From IMG/VR virus record IMGVR_UViG_3300045988_145246: 13,264 nt of DNA, one strand, 5' to 3'. A program made the position numbers and the translations under genes. Below the pieces are notes generated by a model. It was given only the letters and a program-made list of their open reading frames with translations, did no database searches and was not told the DNA's origin. Below, piece by piece: positions 5,888 through 13,135 of this stretch. This DNA comes from a virus. How positions within the stretch are numbered: the stretch's first letter is position 1; each line of letters opens with the position of its first letter.

Positions 5888-6085
5888 ATGGACGTAAACA
5901 CATTCGCACAGTTATTCTCTAACTTAGGCATTCCAGTTGCATGCCTATGCGTGACTTTCTATCTGTGGTACACTGAGACACAGAACCACAAAGAAGAAAT
6001 GAACAAAATGACAGACGCTGTAAATAACAACACTCTGATTTTACAACGACTCCTTGACAAACTGGGAGAGGATGAAACAACATGA
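5888..6085 (+). CDS. Holin-like small membrane protein (BhlA/UviB-family architecture): short N-terminus, one TM segment (FAQLFSNLGIPVACLCVTFYLWY), then a charged coiled-coil tail.
   Basis: 65 aa. RBS AAGGGGG 7 nt upstream. Architecture and the FYLWY-TETQ-KEE region resemble BhlA as I remember it. ATGA-coupled to the next gene. Confidence 0.5.
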   Translation: MDVNTFAQLFSNLGIPVACLCVTFYLWYTETQNHKEEMNKMTDAVNNNTLILQRLLDKLGEDETT

Positions 6086-6390
6086 ATCTATCAGCAAAAA
6101 TCATCACAACAGACGAAATGCCGGAAACATATACCGACTTGCACCCACATCCAGAATTCTATGGTGAATGTGAAATCACAACCAAAAAGGATGATTTATT
6201 TTTACGCACACAGCCTACCACTGACTCAGAGGTAATCACCTCATTGAAAAAAGGTTCTTCATTTTTTTCTTTTGGCTTGTTCGATTCTTCCTTGAAATGG
6301 GTTCTAGGACAAGCCAAACTTCCTACAGGGGAAATGGTGGCAGGTTTCGCATACATACAATATCTCACACTGAAAGGAGAAAATAAATGA
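6082..6390 (+). CDS. 102-aa stand-alone bacterial SH3 (SH3b) cell-wall-binding domain protein with no catalytic domain.
   Basis: LFLRTQPTTDSEVITSLKKGSSF...W....AKLPTGE..GFAYIQYL matches the SH3b pattern (L.VRSGPSTSS.VIG.L.KG..V......GW.KI...G..GYV...YL). ATGA overlaps with both neighbours. Confidence 0.6.
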   Translation: MNLSAKIITTDEMPETYTDLHPHPEFYGECEITTKKDDLFLRTQPTTDSEVITSLKKGSSFFSFGLFDSSLKWVLGQAKLPTGEMVAGFAYIQYLTLKGENK

Positions 6391-6884
6391 CATTTGAGCA
6401 ATTAATTGCACTAACTTCAGCAGGTTTCACTAAAGCTGACATCATGGCACTGGCACAGACCCCAGCACCAGCACCAGCACCAGCACCAGCACCAGCACCA
6501 GCACCAGCACCAGCACCAGCACCAGCACCAGCAACAGGATTTATGCCACAGCCAGTTCAGCCGACAGGGATTGCACCAGCGACAGCAGGACAGCCAGCAC
6601 CAGTAATTCAGGGATTCGGTAATCCGATTAATCCACAGCAGGGTGTGCAGGAACAGTTCTATGCGGATGCAATGGCACAGAATGGTCAGCAGATGCAGCT
6701 GGACATGGGAAACATGGGGGTTGTTAAAAACAACGACCCATTAATCGAAACTATTAACAATCTTACAAGAGCAGTACAGGCTAATGGAATTGCTAACAGT
6801 CAGATGCCGACACAGGCACAGCCGACTGTTGATGATATGTTAGCTGAGATTATCAGACCTAGCGGTCAGAATGGGGGTAAATGA
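6387..6884 (+). CDS. 165-aa low-complexity protein: a 24-aa N-terminal helix, a (Pro-Ala)12 rigid linker, then a Q/G/P/N-rich disordered region. It sits where a scaffolding protein would be expected (just before the putative capsid gene).
   Basis: ORF with RBS AAAGGAG. ATGA junctions at both ends. GC-rich relative to the genome because of its P/A/G/Q composition. Confidence 0.7.
   Translation: MTFEQLIALTSAGFTKADIMALAQTPAPAPAPAPAPAPAPAPAPAPAPATGFMPQPVQPTGIAPATAGQPAPVIQGFGNPINPQQGVQEQFYADAMAQNGQQMQLDMGNMGVVKNNDPLIETINNLTRAVQANGIANSQMPTQAQPTVDDMLAEIIRPSGQNGGK
6462..6533 (+). repeat. Perfect tandem hexanucleotide repeat (CCAGCA)x12, in frame, encoding (PA)12.
   Basis: Counted directly: 72 bp of uninterrupted ccagca units. 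Confidence 0.95.
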
Positions 6885-8080
6885 TGGGTTCAACCGATAG
6901 TATTCTAAATAATATTCCAACTGTTTCCAATTTTAAATCAATAGAATTATTAAATTTTATCGTTAACCAGGCAACAGGAAAAACATCTCTGGAACGTGCA
7001 ACAACACAGGATTTTGTCAGTGTTGCAAATATAGCTTTGGATATTTCAGCAGATTCATTATTAAATGCTATATCACAAACATTATCACGCACTATTTTTT
7101 CCGTACGTCCTTACGAAGCAAAATTCAAGGGACTTATGAAAGATGAAATGTGTTTCGGAAACCATGTCAGAAAATTAAATATTGGAGATAAAGATTGGGA
7201 AAAAGATATACGTTATGATTTAGTCGATGGACAAAGTATTGACGATCAAATTGTATCTAATCCCAATATTTTACAGACAAACTTTTATGGTCAGAATGTG
7301 TATAGTAGACATTATACAATATACCGTGACCAACTGAATATTGCACTCTCCAACGAGGGAGAATTCCAGCGTTTTATTACAATGATTGTTCAGAACTGTT
7401 CAGATATGATTGAGCAGTGCCATGAAAGTACTGCAAGAATGACACTTGCAAACTTCATCGGGGGGAAAGTAAAAGGGGATGTTAACAACATTATCCATCT
7501 TGTTACAAAGTACAATGATATTGCAGGAACAGAACTTACCACTGATACAGTAAGACAGCCCACAAATTTTGTTCCATTTATCAAATGGGCTTTCGGATAT
7601 ATCAGTTACATTTCTGGAATGCTCACGGAGCGTTCTCAGAAATTTCATATTAATATTACTGGAAAAGAGATTTCCAGGCATACACCGCAGAATAGACAAA
7701 AACTGTATCTATTCAGTGAATATTTAAAAGACATGGATGCGAGTGTTCTGTCATCCGTATACAATGACAATTACCTGAAATGGGCAGACCATGAACAGGT
7801 TAATTTTTGGCAGTCAATTGATACACCAGACGGAATCAATGTATCTGCTAGTTATATGGGGGAAGACGGAAATGTTGTGTTAGACCCTACAGGAACAGCC
7901 ACGAGTAATATTTTCGGTGTTCTTTTTGATGAAGAGGCTATTGGTATTACAACATGTGGTCAGTGGTCTAGTGCCAGCCGGTTTAATGCTCGGGGTGGTT
8001 ACACTAACTTCTGGTATCACTTTAACGACAGATATTATAATGACTTTACGGAAAATGGTGTTGTTTTCCTACTGGATTAA
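6881..8080 (+). CDS. 399-aa putative major capsid protein (by size and synteny with phi29 gene 8, immediately after the scaffold-like gene).
   Basis: Largest protein-coding gene pair together with the next ORF. Its position precedes a tail-knob-like gene and a connector homologue. No motif-level proof. Confidence 0.45.
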   Translation: MMGSTDSILNNIPTVSNFKSIELLNFIVNQATGKTSLERATTQDFVSVANIALDISADSLLNAISQTLSRTIFSVRPYEAKFKGLMKDEMCFGNHVRKLNIGDKDWEKDIRYDLVDGQSIDDQIVSNPNILQTNFYGQNVYSRHYTIYRDQLNIALSNEGEFQRFITMIVQNCSDMIEQCHESTARMTLANFIGGKVKGDVNNIIHLVTKYNDIAGTELTTDTVRQPTNFVPFIKWAFGYISYISGMLTERSQKFHINITGKEISRHTPQNRQKLYLFSEYLKDMDASVLSSVYNDNYLKWADHEQVNFWQSIDTPDGINVSASYMGEDGNVVLDPTGTATSNIFGVLFDEEAIGITTCGQWSSASRFNARGGYTNFWYHFNDRYYNDFTENGVVFLLD

Positions 8081-8089
8081 GGAGTGTGT

Positions 8090-9556
8090 ATGGCTTTAAC
8101 AGTTGATTTTTTTCAGATTTCAAAACGGAAAAATAGTACATTTGTTCCGGCTGAATCAGCTATCCAGAAAACTGAAAATGCGGTTTTAAAAGAGGGGTGT
8201 GGGGTTTTATCCCCCACCCTTATTTTACATTTTCCTTATAACGCTAATCCGTATGTGTGGAATTTTGTGAGGATTAGAGAATTCAACCGTTTTTACTGGG
8301 TGGTTGAGTGGACTGTAGCGGATGGTGTCGGGAACTGGGAACTAAGCTTGAATGTTGATGTATTAGCAAGTTACAGGGATGCAATAATTCAGAAAGATTT
8401 CTATATTGAAAGATGTAGTGTTGCCAGTAATGGTGATATTATTGATTTAATGTATCCAGCAACTGCAAAGCAGTCTTTTGCCACCTCTAAACAAACAATG
8501 TGGGAGGATTCTAATTGGAGTGGTGGTACTTTTGTTTGCTGTATTCTGGGAAAGAATGGGCTTGTTAATTATTATCTTTTCAAAACAGAAGCATGGAAAA
8601 ATGTAATTAAAAGTATGTTTTCCTCCACTGACTGGATGAAAGTACCTATCACTGATATACCAGAAGCAGTGTTAAAAGCTGCGGTGAATCCAGGGCAGTA
8701 TATGCTTAAATGTTTCTGGTTGCCTATGACAGTTGAGACAAAGTTTATTCCTGCTAACATAGACATTGGATGGTGGGAGATTGCTATGACTGGACAGGCA
8801 GGAAATACCAGTTGTATTCTTGACAATCAGGCATTAATAAGTAAGACACTGACATTTGAAACGACCGCCCATCCTCAGAGTGTAAGAGGTAATTATCTTA
8901 ATAATTCGCCTTATACCAGAGGGGCATTATTTTCCCATGTGTTCGGGTATATGCCTATCGACATGAACAGTTTGGACGCTGGAAATTCTTTTAATGTAAG
9001 CGTGATTGTTGACCCTCGAACAGGTATTTGTGAATTAAGAGCATATCAGGGAAATACTACTCTTGCTTTAGCATCAAAAAATATTTCATGTCCGATAACC
9101 GTAGGAAACATTACTGATGATACTGTAAGTTTAGGTGCTACTGCAACAAGTGCTGTTAGTGGACTTGTTAACCTTATTTCTGGTGGTTTTGATGCTATTG
9201 GAAACGAAAATAAAAGTATTAATGGTGATGTACTTTCCAGAGAGTTTTTACCTACCGGTTTAGGGGCTAACATTGGTAACGCTCTTAACAGTCTCAGGGG
9301 AAAAAGCGTTGTGAAAAGCGGTGACGGTTCGCTGATTAATTCACTTGGAAGTTTATGGTTTGAGCAAGAATTTTCATACGTTGTTGATTATAACAACGGT
9401 ATGTTTGGGAAACCATATTGTAGCACAGGAAAAATGGCTGATTTAGGAACTGGATTCTATCTTATAAAAAATGGCTCTATAGGCTTGGAATTTGCGTTTG
9501 AAAGTGAAATCAATCAGGTTCGGGAATGGCTGGAAAGAGGTGTATACTATGCTTAA
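8090..9556 (+). CDS. 489-aa putative tail (knob/tube) protein, phi29 gp9-like by position. It has a long Gly/Ser/Ala/Asn-rich flexible loop near the C-terminus (SLGATATSAVSGLVNLISGGFDAIG...GLGANIGNALNSLRG), as the phi29 tail knob does.
   Basis: The likely start is the ATG at 8090 (RBS AAGGAG) rather than the GTG at 8084. Synteny and the loop composition are the only evidence. Confidence 0.4.
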   Translation: MALTVDFFQISKRKNSTFVPAESAIQKTENAVLKEGCGVLSPTLILHFPYNANPYVWNFVRIREFNRFYWVVEWTVADGVGNWELSLNVDVLASYRDAIIQKDFYIERCSVASNGDIIDLMYPATAKQSFATSKQTMWEDSNWSGGTFVCCILGKNGLVNYYLFKTEAWKNVIKSMFSSTDWMKVPITDIPEAVLKAAVNPGQYMLKCFWLPMTVETKFIPANIDIGWWEIAMTGQAGNTSCILDNQALISKTLTFETTAHPQSVRGNYLNNSPYTRGALFSHVFGYMPIDMNSLDAGNSFNVSVIVDPRTGICELRAYQGNTTLALASKNISCPITVGNITDDTVSLGATATSAVSGLVNLISGGFDAIGNENKSINGDVLSREFLPTGLGANIGNALNSLRGKSVVKSGDGSLINSLGSLWFEQEFSYVVDYNNGMFGKPYCSTGKMADLGTGFYLIKNGSIGLEFAFESEINQVREWLERGVYYA

Positions 9557-10217
9557 AAGTTCATATCAGGACAATGCATTACTATTCTATATACGAGGAC
9601 GGTCAACAACTGGTAATTATCCACCTGGAGATCCAGGTGTTGTTCCTACTGTTGGAGACTGGTTCTATAAAGTTACTGATACTACTGCTGGATATTTTGC
9701 TAAAAATGGAGCAGAACAGCAAAGAAATGCTGCTAATATTTACAAGTATTTTCATGAAACACTCGGATGGGATTCAGACAGCGTTTGTGCATTAATCGGA
9801 AATATGGACGCTGAATCTACACTCAATCCTGGGCTGATTGAAGTTGGTGGAGGTACTACATCCGCCGGGCCAGGTAGGGGACTTGTACAGTGGACTCCTG
9901 GTACAGACTTAACTAATCCTATGAAAGTTGTTTATGGTTCTGCTGATGACTGGTATGATGGCTCTAAACAATGCCGAGTTATATACGCAGAATTTGAGCA
10001 GTCCACAGGAAGTAAAAACTGGGGTATTGAGCCACAATGGTATAAGGGATATGGTTATAACCTCAGTTGGACTGAATGGGCTTTTAATCAACAGCACCAT
10101 AACATTGATTATTTAGTTGAAGCATTTTGTTGGGAGTACGAAAGACCAGGTGCACCTAGAATGGAAGAAAGAAAAGCAAGGGCACAGTACTGGGCGACGG
10201 TTTTTAGAAAGGGGTGA
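9549..10217 (+). CDS. 222-aa virion-associated peptidoglycan hydrolase, lysozyme/lytic-transglycosylase-like (phage tail-tip lysozyme type), with no signal peptide or wall-binding domain.
   Basis: NMDAESTLNPGLIEVGGG...GRGLVQWTPG resembles the ES...GL(M/V)Q catalytic signature of SLT/lysozyme-like folds. The ATG at 9549 (RBS AGAGG) overlaps the stop of the previous gene. It is embedded among tail genes. Confidence 0.5.
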   Translation: MLKSSYQDNALLFYIRGRSTTGNYPPGDPGVVPTVGDWFYKVTDTTAGYFAKNGAEQQRNAANIYKYFHETLGWDSDSVCALIGNMDAESTLNPGLIEVGGGTTSAGPGRGLVQWTPGTDLTNPMKVVYGSADDWYDGSKQCRVIYAEFEQSTGSKNWGIEPQWYKGYGYNLSWTEWAFNQQHHNIDYLVEAFCWEYERPGAPRMEERKARAQYWATVFRKG

Positions 10218-10223
10218 TTAATT

Positions 10224-11177
10224 TTGTACAATGGATATAACACAATTCCAGCCGGACAGGATTATATCAATTATTACAATGGTATATATAGTCCTAGCAC
10301 ATTGCATTGCAGAAATAATGCTTTACATGCTTATTTTGTGAAATATTTATTGCAGAAAGCAATGAGCGTTTTCGAGTGGGAGTTGCCCGAAACTTGGAGT
10401 GAGAACTACTTTTTGTACACCTTATATACATGGGGTTTTGTAGGAGTTCTTGAAACTGACCGATATGGAGTTATATGTCAGGGAGCAGGAATCGAAGGGT
10501 ATGATATCTATTATCAACCATCACATATTGTAGTAACTAACCCTTTGCTTATTGGGACAAAGCAATTAAGAATTGGTGTAGAATGCGAGGTTATTAGATT
10601 AACTCCTGATTGGTCTGGAATTATTGACATGATTAATTATTACGCAGACCAGATGGCAATTACAGCAGAAGCAACTACTATAAACATTATGAATTCTAAG
10701 CTGAGTTATGTATTCAGTGCCAGAAACAAAGCTGGTGCTGAGTCGTTGAAAAAGATTCTTGACCAGATAATGGGTGGTAATATTGCTGTTTTCTACGATG
10801 AAAAACTGAGACGTGCTAATCCAACAGGTGGTAGTGAAGAACCATGGGCTACTTTTGCACAAGATTTAAGAAGTAATTTCATTGCACCGGATTTACAGGA
10901 CAGCATGAGAAGATGGGAAGAACTTTTTAATAATGAGATTGGCATTGATAATGTTCGGAGTGACAAGAAAGAACGACTGATAACAGCAGAAGCGAATGCC
11001 AATAATGTTGAGTGTCGCTGTAAAGCTGAATTGTGGTTAGACACTTTGAAAAAATGTGTTGAAAAAGTCAACAAAATGTTTGGCACAAATATAAAAGTAG
11101 ATTGGAGACATGATGCTACTATGAAGGGGGGCGCTGATGATGGCGACAATGACACTAATGGGGCTGTTAACTTATGA
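10224..11177 (+). CDS. Head-tail connector (portal/upper collar) protein, phi29 gp10 family.
   Basis: 317 aa against 309 aa for phi29 gp10. The block FVKYLLQKAMSVFEWELPETW...WGFVGV matches my recollection of gp10 ...LAYQLFEWENLPPT...FGYVGF. KKERLITAEA matches KKERMVTDEV. Acidic C-terminus. TTG start with an AAGGGG RBS. Confidence 0.6.
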   Translation: MYNGYNTIPAGQDYINYYNGIYSPSTLHCRNNALHAYFVKYLLQKAMSVFEWELPETWSENYFLYTLYTWGFVGVLETDRYGVICQGAGIEGYDIYYQPSHIVVTNPLLIGTKQLRIGVECEVIRLTPDWSGIIDMINYYADQMAITAEATTINIMNSKLSYVFSARNKAGAESLKKILDQIMGGNIAVFYDEKLRRANPTGGSEEPWATFAQDLRSNFIAPDLQDSMRRWEELFNNEIGIDNVRSDKKERLITAEANANNVECRCKAELWLDTLKKCVEKVNKMFGTNIKVDWRHDATMKGGADDGDNDTNGAVNL

Positions 11178-11751
11178 CCCAGAAATACTAAATGAGAATT
11201 TTAATCTACCCAATTCTCTCTTAAGTATAAAGACAAAACTCTTAGAGCATATTGTTTTTGAGTGTGCAGAACTGGAAATTGTTATATCAGACCCAGTTTG
11301 GTTCGGACGTGTGCTAGATGCCTGGTCATTTATAATGTCGCCACAGTGGGAATATTTTCTTAAGTGGAAACTAGCACAGGATGAAATCACGACAGAAGAT
11401 GCTAAAGGTGGACGAAAACTCACCAAAAAGAGTACTCGAACACCGGAACTCACAACACGAACCACAAATATTACAAGCAACGAGGAGAATGGCGAAACAA
11501 CCATTTCCAACAGTGCCTATAATCAGGACAAATATTATCCATCGGAACAAAGGGATGATAGTAGTTTGCAGAATATTGAAAGTGATGGAACAATTCGTTA
11601 TAGCGGTTCAGAAAGTTATCAGTATGAGGAAAACGAAAATGTTGTTTTTGATATTGAAGACATTGATAAAATTTTGAAGAATGGTTATGTCAATATCGCT
11701 AATATTATTTGTACAGATTTCAAAGAACGATTTTGTTTGATGGTTTATTAA
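11137..11751 (+). CDS. 204-aa putative lower-collar/tail-associated protein (by position after the connector).
   Basis: ORF with RBS AAGGGGGG. Synteny only. Confidence 0.3.
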   Translation: MMATMTLMGLLTYDPEILNENFNLPNSLLSIKTKLLEHIVFECAELEIVISDPVWFGRVLDAWSFIMSPQWEYFLKWKLAQDEITTEDAKGGRKLTKKSTRTPELTTRTTNITSNEENGETTISNSAYNQDKYYPSEQRDDSSLQNIESDGTIRYSGSESYQYEENENVVFDIEDIDKILKNGYVNIANIICTDFKERFCLMVY

Positions 11752-11764
11752 AGGAGGTATAAAT

Positions 11765-13057
11765 ATGGCTTTTTGGAATAATTTTCCTTTTACCAATTTC
11801 CATGAACTTAATTTAGATTGGATTATTGGAAAAGTGAAAGCTTTGGAAACAGGTTTCATGAATGTAGTTAAGAAAGTAGATGATGCCTTAGCAGAAATCA
11901 AAAAAGAAGTAGATGATGCTATCCAGCAAATTCCGACAAAGGTAGATAATTTACTGACAGAATGGAAAGATGATGGTACACTTGGAACAATGATTGATAC
12001 CATTTACGGTGGACTTTCCTATCTCGATGTAATGAAAGATAAAACTATCTACGTTTTGGGAGACAGCTTGAGTGATGGGCAAGCACCCCGAAGCTGGGTG
12101 ACAGAATTTGAAAAATTGCTTGTCGGAAAAAACTGCCACGTTATGAATGGGGCACACTCGGGCGATACCATGGCAGAACAGTATGCCATTTTTGATAGGA
12201 ATATGACATTGCACCCTGAAAATGTACCAGATATTCTGATTGTATGGTGTGGTGTTAATGATGTTAAGAAACAGACAAGCTTAACTGATTTAGGGGCTAC
12301 CATGGATAGCATTAGAAACAAAATTCAGTCTATTAATGCAGCTTGTCAGGTTTACCTTTTTAGCACGTATAAAAATTACCGTGTTTTACCGGATCAGTGG
12401 ATTATTCCACAAACTGCATATTGGAGATATTTCAGTCAGTATGCACAGCAGAACGGATGGACTTTTGTGGACATGTTTGCTTATGCACCTGTAATCTCAC
12501 CAGAGACAGACCGTATGAGAGCAGAATTTTACGAAGAACAGAACAGCGGATATTTGCATTATACAGTGAGATATACTAAGATTCTTGCTAGATTTATTCT
12601 CAATGTTTTGTGTACTGGTATGCCGATTGCTTTAGGGGATTATTGGGAACGTGTCAATGGAAACTATCTGGATGGTGCAAAAATTTTTACAAACAAGGAA
12701 GAATTTGACCCGAACTTAAATGGTAGTCATATCCGATTCGGAACCCGGTTTGTGAAAATCAGAATTGCAGGAACATTTAAACCTAAAAACACATCTTCAT
12801 TACAGTATGTTAAAATTGGAAAGCTACCAGATTTTCTGATTCCAGCTTCTACAATTTATGGTCTTGCGTATCGAGGTGGTGGTTGGGGTTCTACTGGTGC
12901 AAACGCTACTTTTGGAACATTGGTAGATAGCGACGGTTCTCTGTTGGTACATCCACTTGCGAAAGAAGGAACAAGTTATACATCTACAACTATTTATTTT
13001 GACATTTACATTTTTGACCTTGCAACTGACTGGCAGAGGAAACAGACAGTTTCTTAA
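11765..13057 (+). CDS. 430-aa tail fibre/appendage-like protein with a central SGNH/GDSL esterase domain. The N-terminus is a coiled-coil virion anchor and the C-terminus a beta-rich domain.
   Basis: Block I YVLGDSLSDG (nucleophile Ser), block II NGAHSGDT, block III WCGVNDV, and block V His in SGYLHYT with the Asp position replaced by Ser. Perfect RBS AAGGAGGTATAAAT-ATG. It is the last gene before the right ITR, where phi29 has gp12. Confidence 0.7.
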   Translation: MAFWNNFPFTNFHELNLDWIIGKVKALETGFMNVVKKVDDALAEIKKEVDDAIQQIPTKVDNLLTEWKDDGTLGTMIDTIYGGLSYLDVMKDKTIYVLGDSLSDGQAPRSWVTEFEKLLVGKNCHVMNGAHSGDTMAEQYAIFDRNMTLHPENVPDILIVWCGVNDVKKQTSLTDLGATMDSIRNKIQSINAACQVYLFSTYKNYRVLPDQWIIPQTAYWRYFSQYAQQNGWTFVDMFAYAPVISPETDRMRAEFYEEQNSGYLHYTVRYTKILARFILNVLCTGMPIALGDYWERVNGNYLDGAKIFTNKEEFDPNLNGSHIRFGTRFVKIRIAGTFKPKNTSSLQYVKIGKLPDFLIPASTIYGLAYRGGGWGSTGANATFGTLVDSDGSLLVHPLAKEGTSYTSTTIYFDIYIFDLATDWQRKQTVS

Positions 13058-13089
13058 AACTAATTCTAGTTAGTTGTAACTACTCATCA

Positions 13090-13135
13090 GACCTGTTTGT
13101 TCTATACAGACAGGTCGAATGTATGTTCGTTTCTA
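13090..13135 (+). terminator. Candidate terminator for the rightward late transcript: stem gacctgtttgt/acagacaggtc (11 bp with one G-U) closing a 5-nt loop, followed by a moderately U-rich tail.
   Basis: Inverted repeat at 13090-13100 and 13106-13116. The downstream sequence is GAAUGUAUGUUCGUUUCU. Placed 33 nt after the last stop codon. Confidence 0.3.

Noticed and set aside
5725-5922. 65-aa plus-strand ORF spanning the GC-rich spacer
   Set aside because: TTG start without an RBS. It overlaps both neighbours. The S/T/R/G-rich composition is typical of translated GC-rich non-coding DNA. The region is better explained as a structured non-coding element.
6462-6533. Possibility that the regular repeat array is a CRISPR array
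   Set aside because: Units are 6 bp, contiguous and in frame within a CDS. There are no spacers and no cas genes. It is a coding microsatellite.
5919-7699. Several 60-100-aa minus-strand ORFs (5919-6107, 6159-6401, 6859-7092, 7390-7584, 7400-7699) antisense to the holin, SH3b, PA-protein and capsid genes
   Set aside because: All lie antisense within rightward genes that have strong RBSs and coupled junctions. They have no RBSs of their own.
9492-9548. Upstream alternative start (9492) for the lysozyme-like gene, given as a 241-aa ORF in the track
   Set aside because: The ATG at 9549 has an AGAGG RBS at correct spacing and overlaps the upstream stop in the pattern seen throughout the genome. 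The 9492 start would overlap the previous gene by 65 nt with no RBS.
7917-12579. Remaining short ORFs on either strand inside the tail and connector block (7917-8099, 8572-8826, 9046-9273, 9526-9795, 9909-10116, 10599-11155, 11172-12003, 11951-12321, 12397-12579)
   Set aside because: Nested or antisense within longer ORFs that carry recognisable domains or fit phi29 synteny. None has a convincing RBS.
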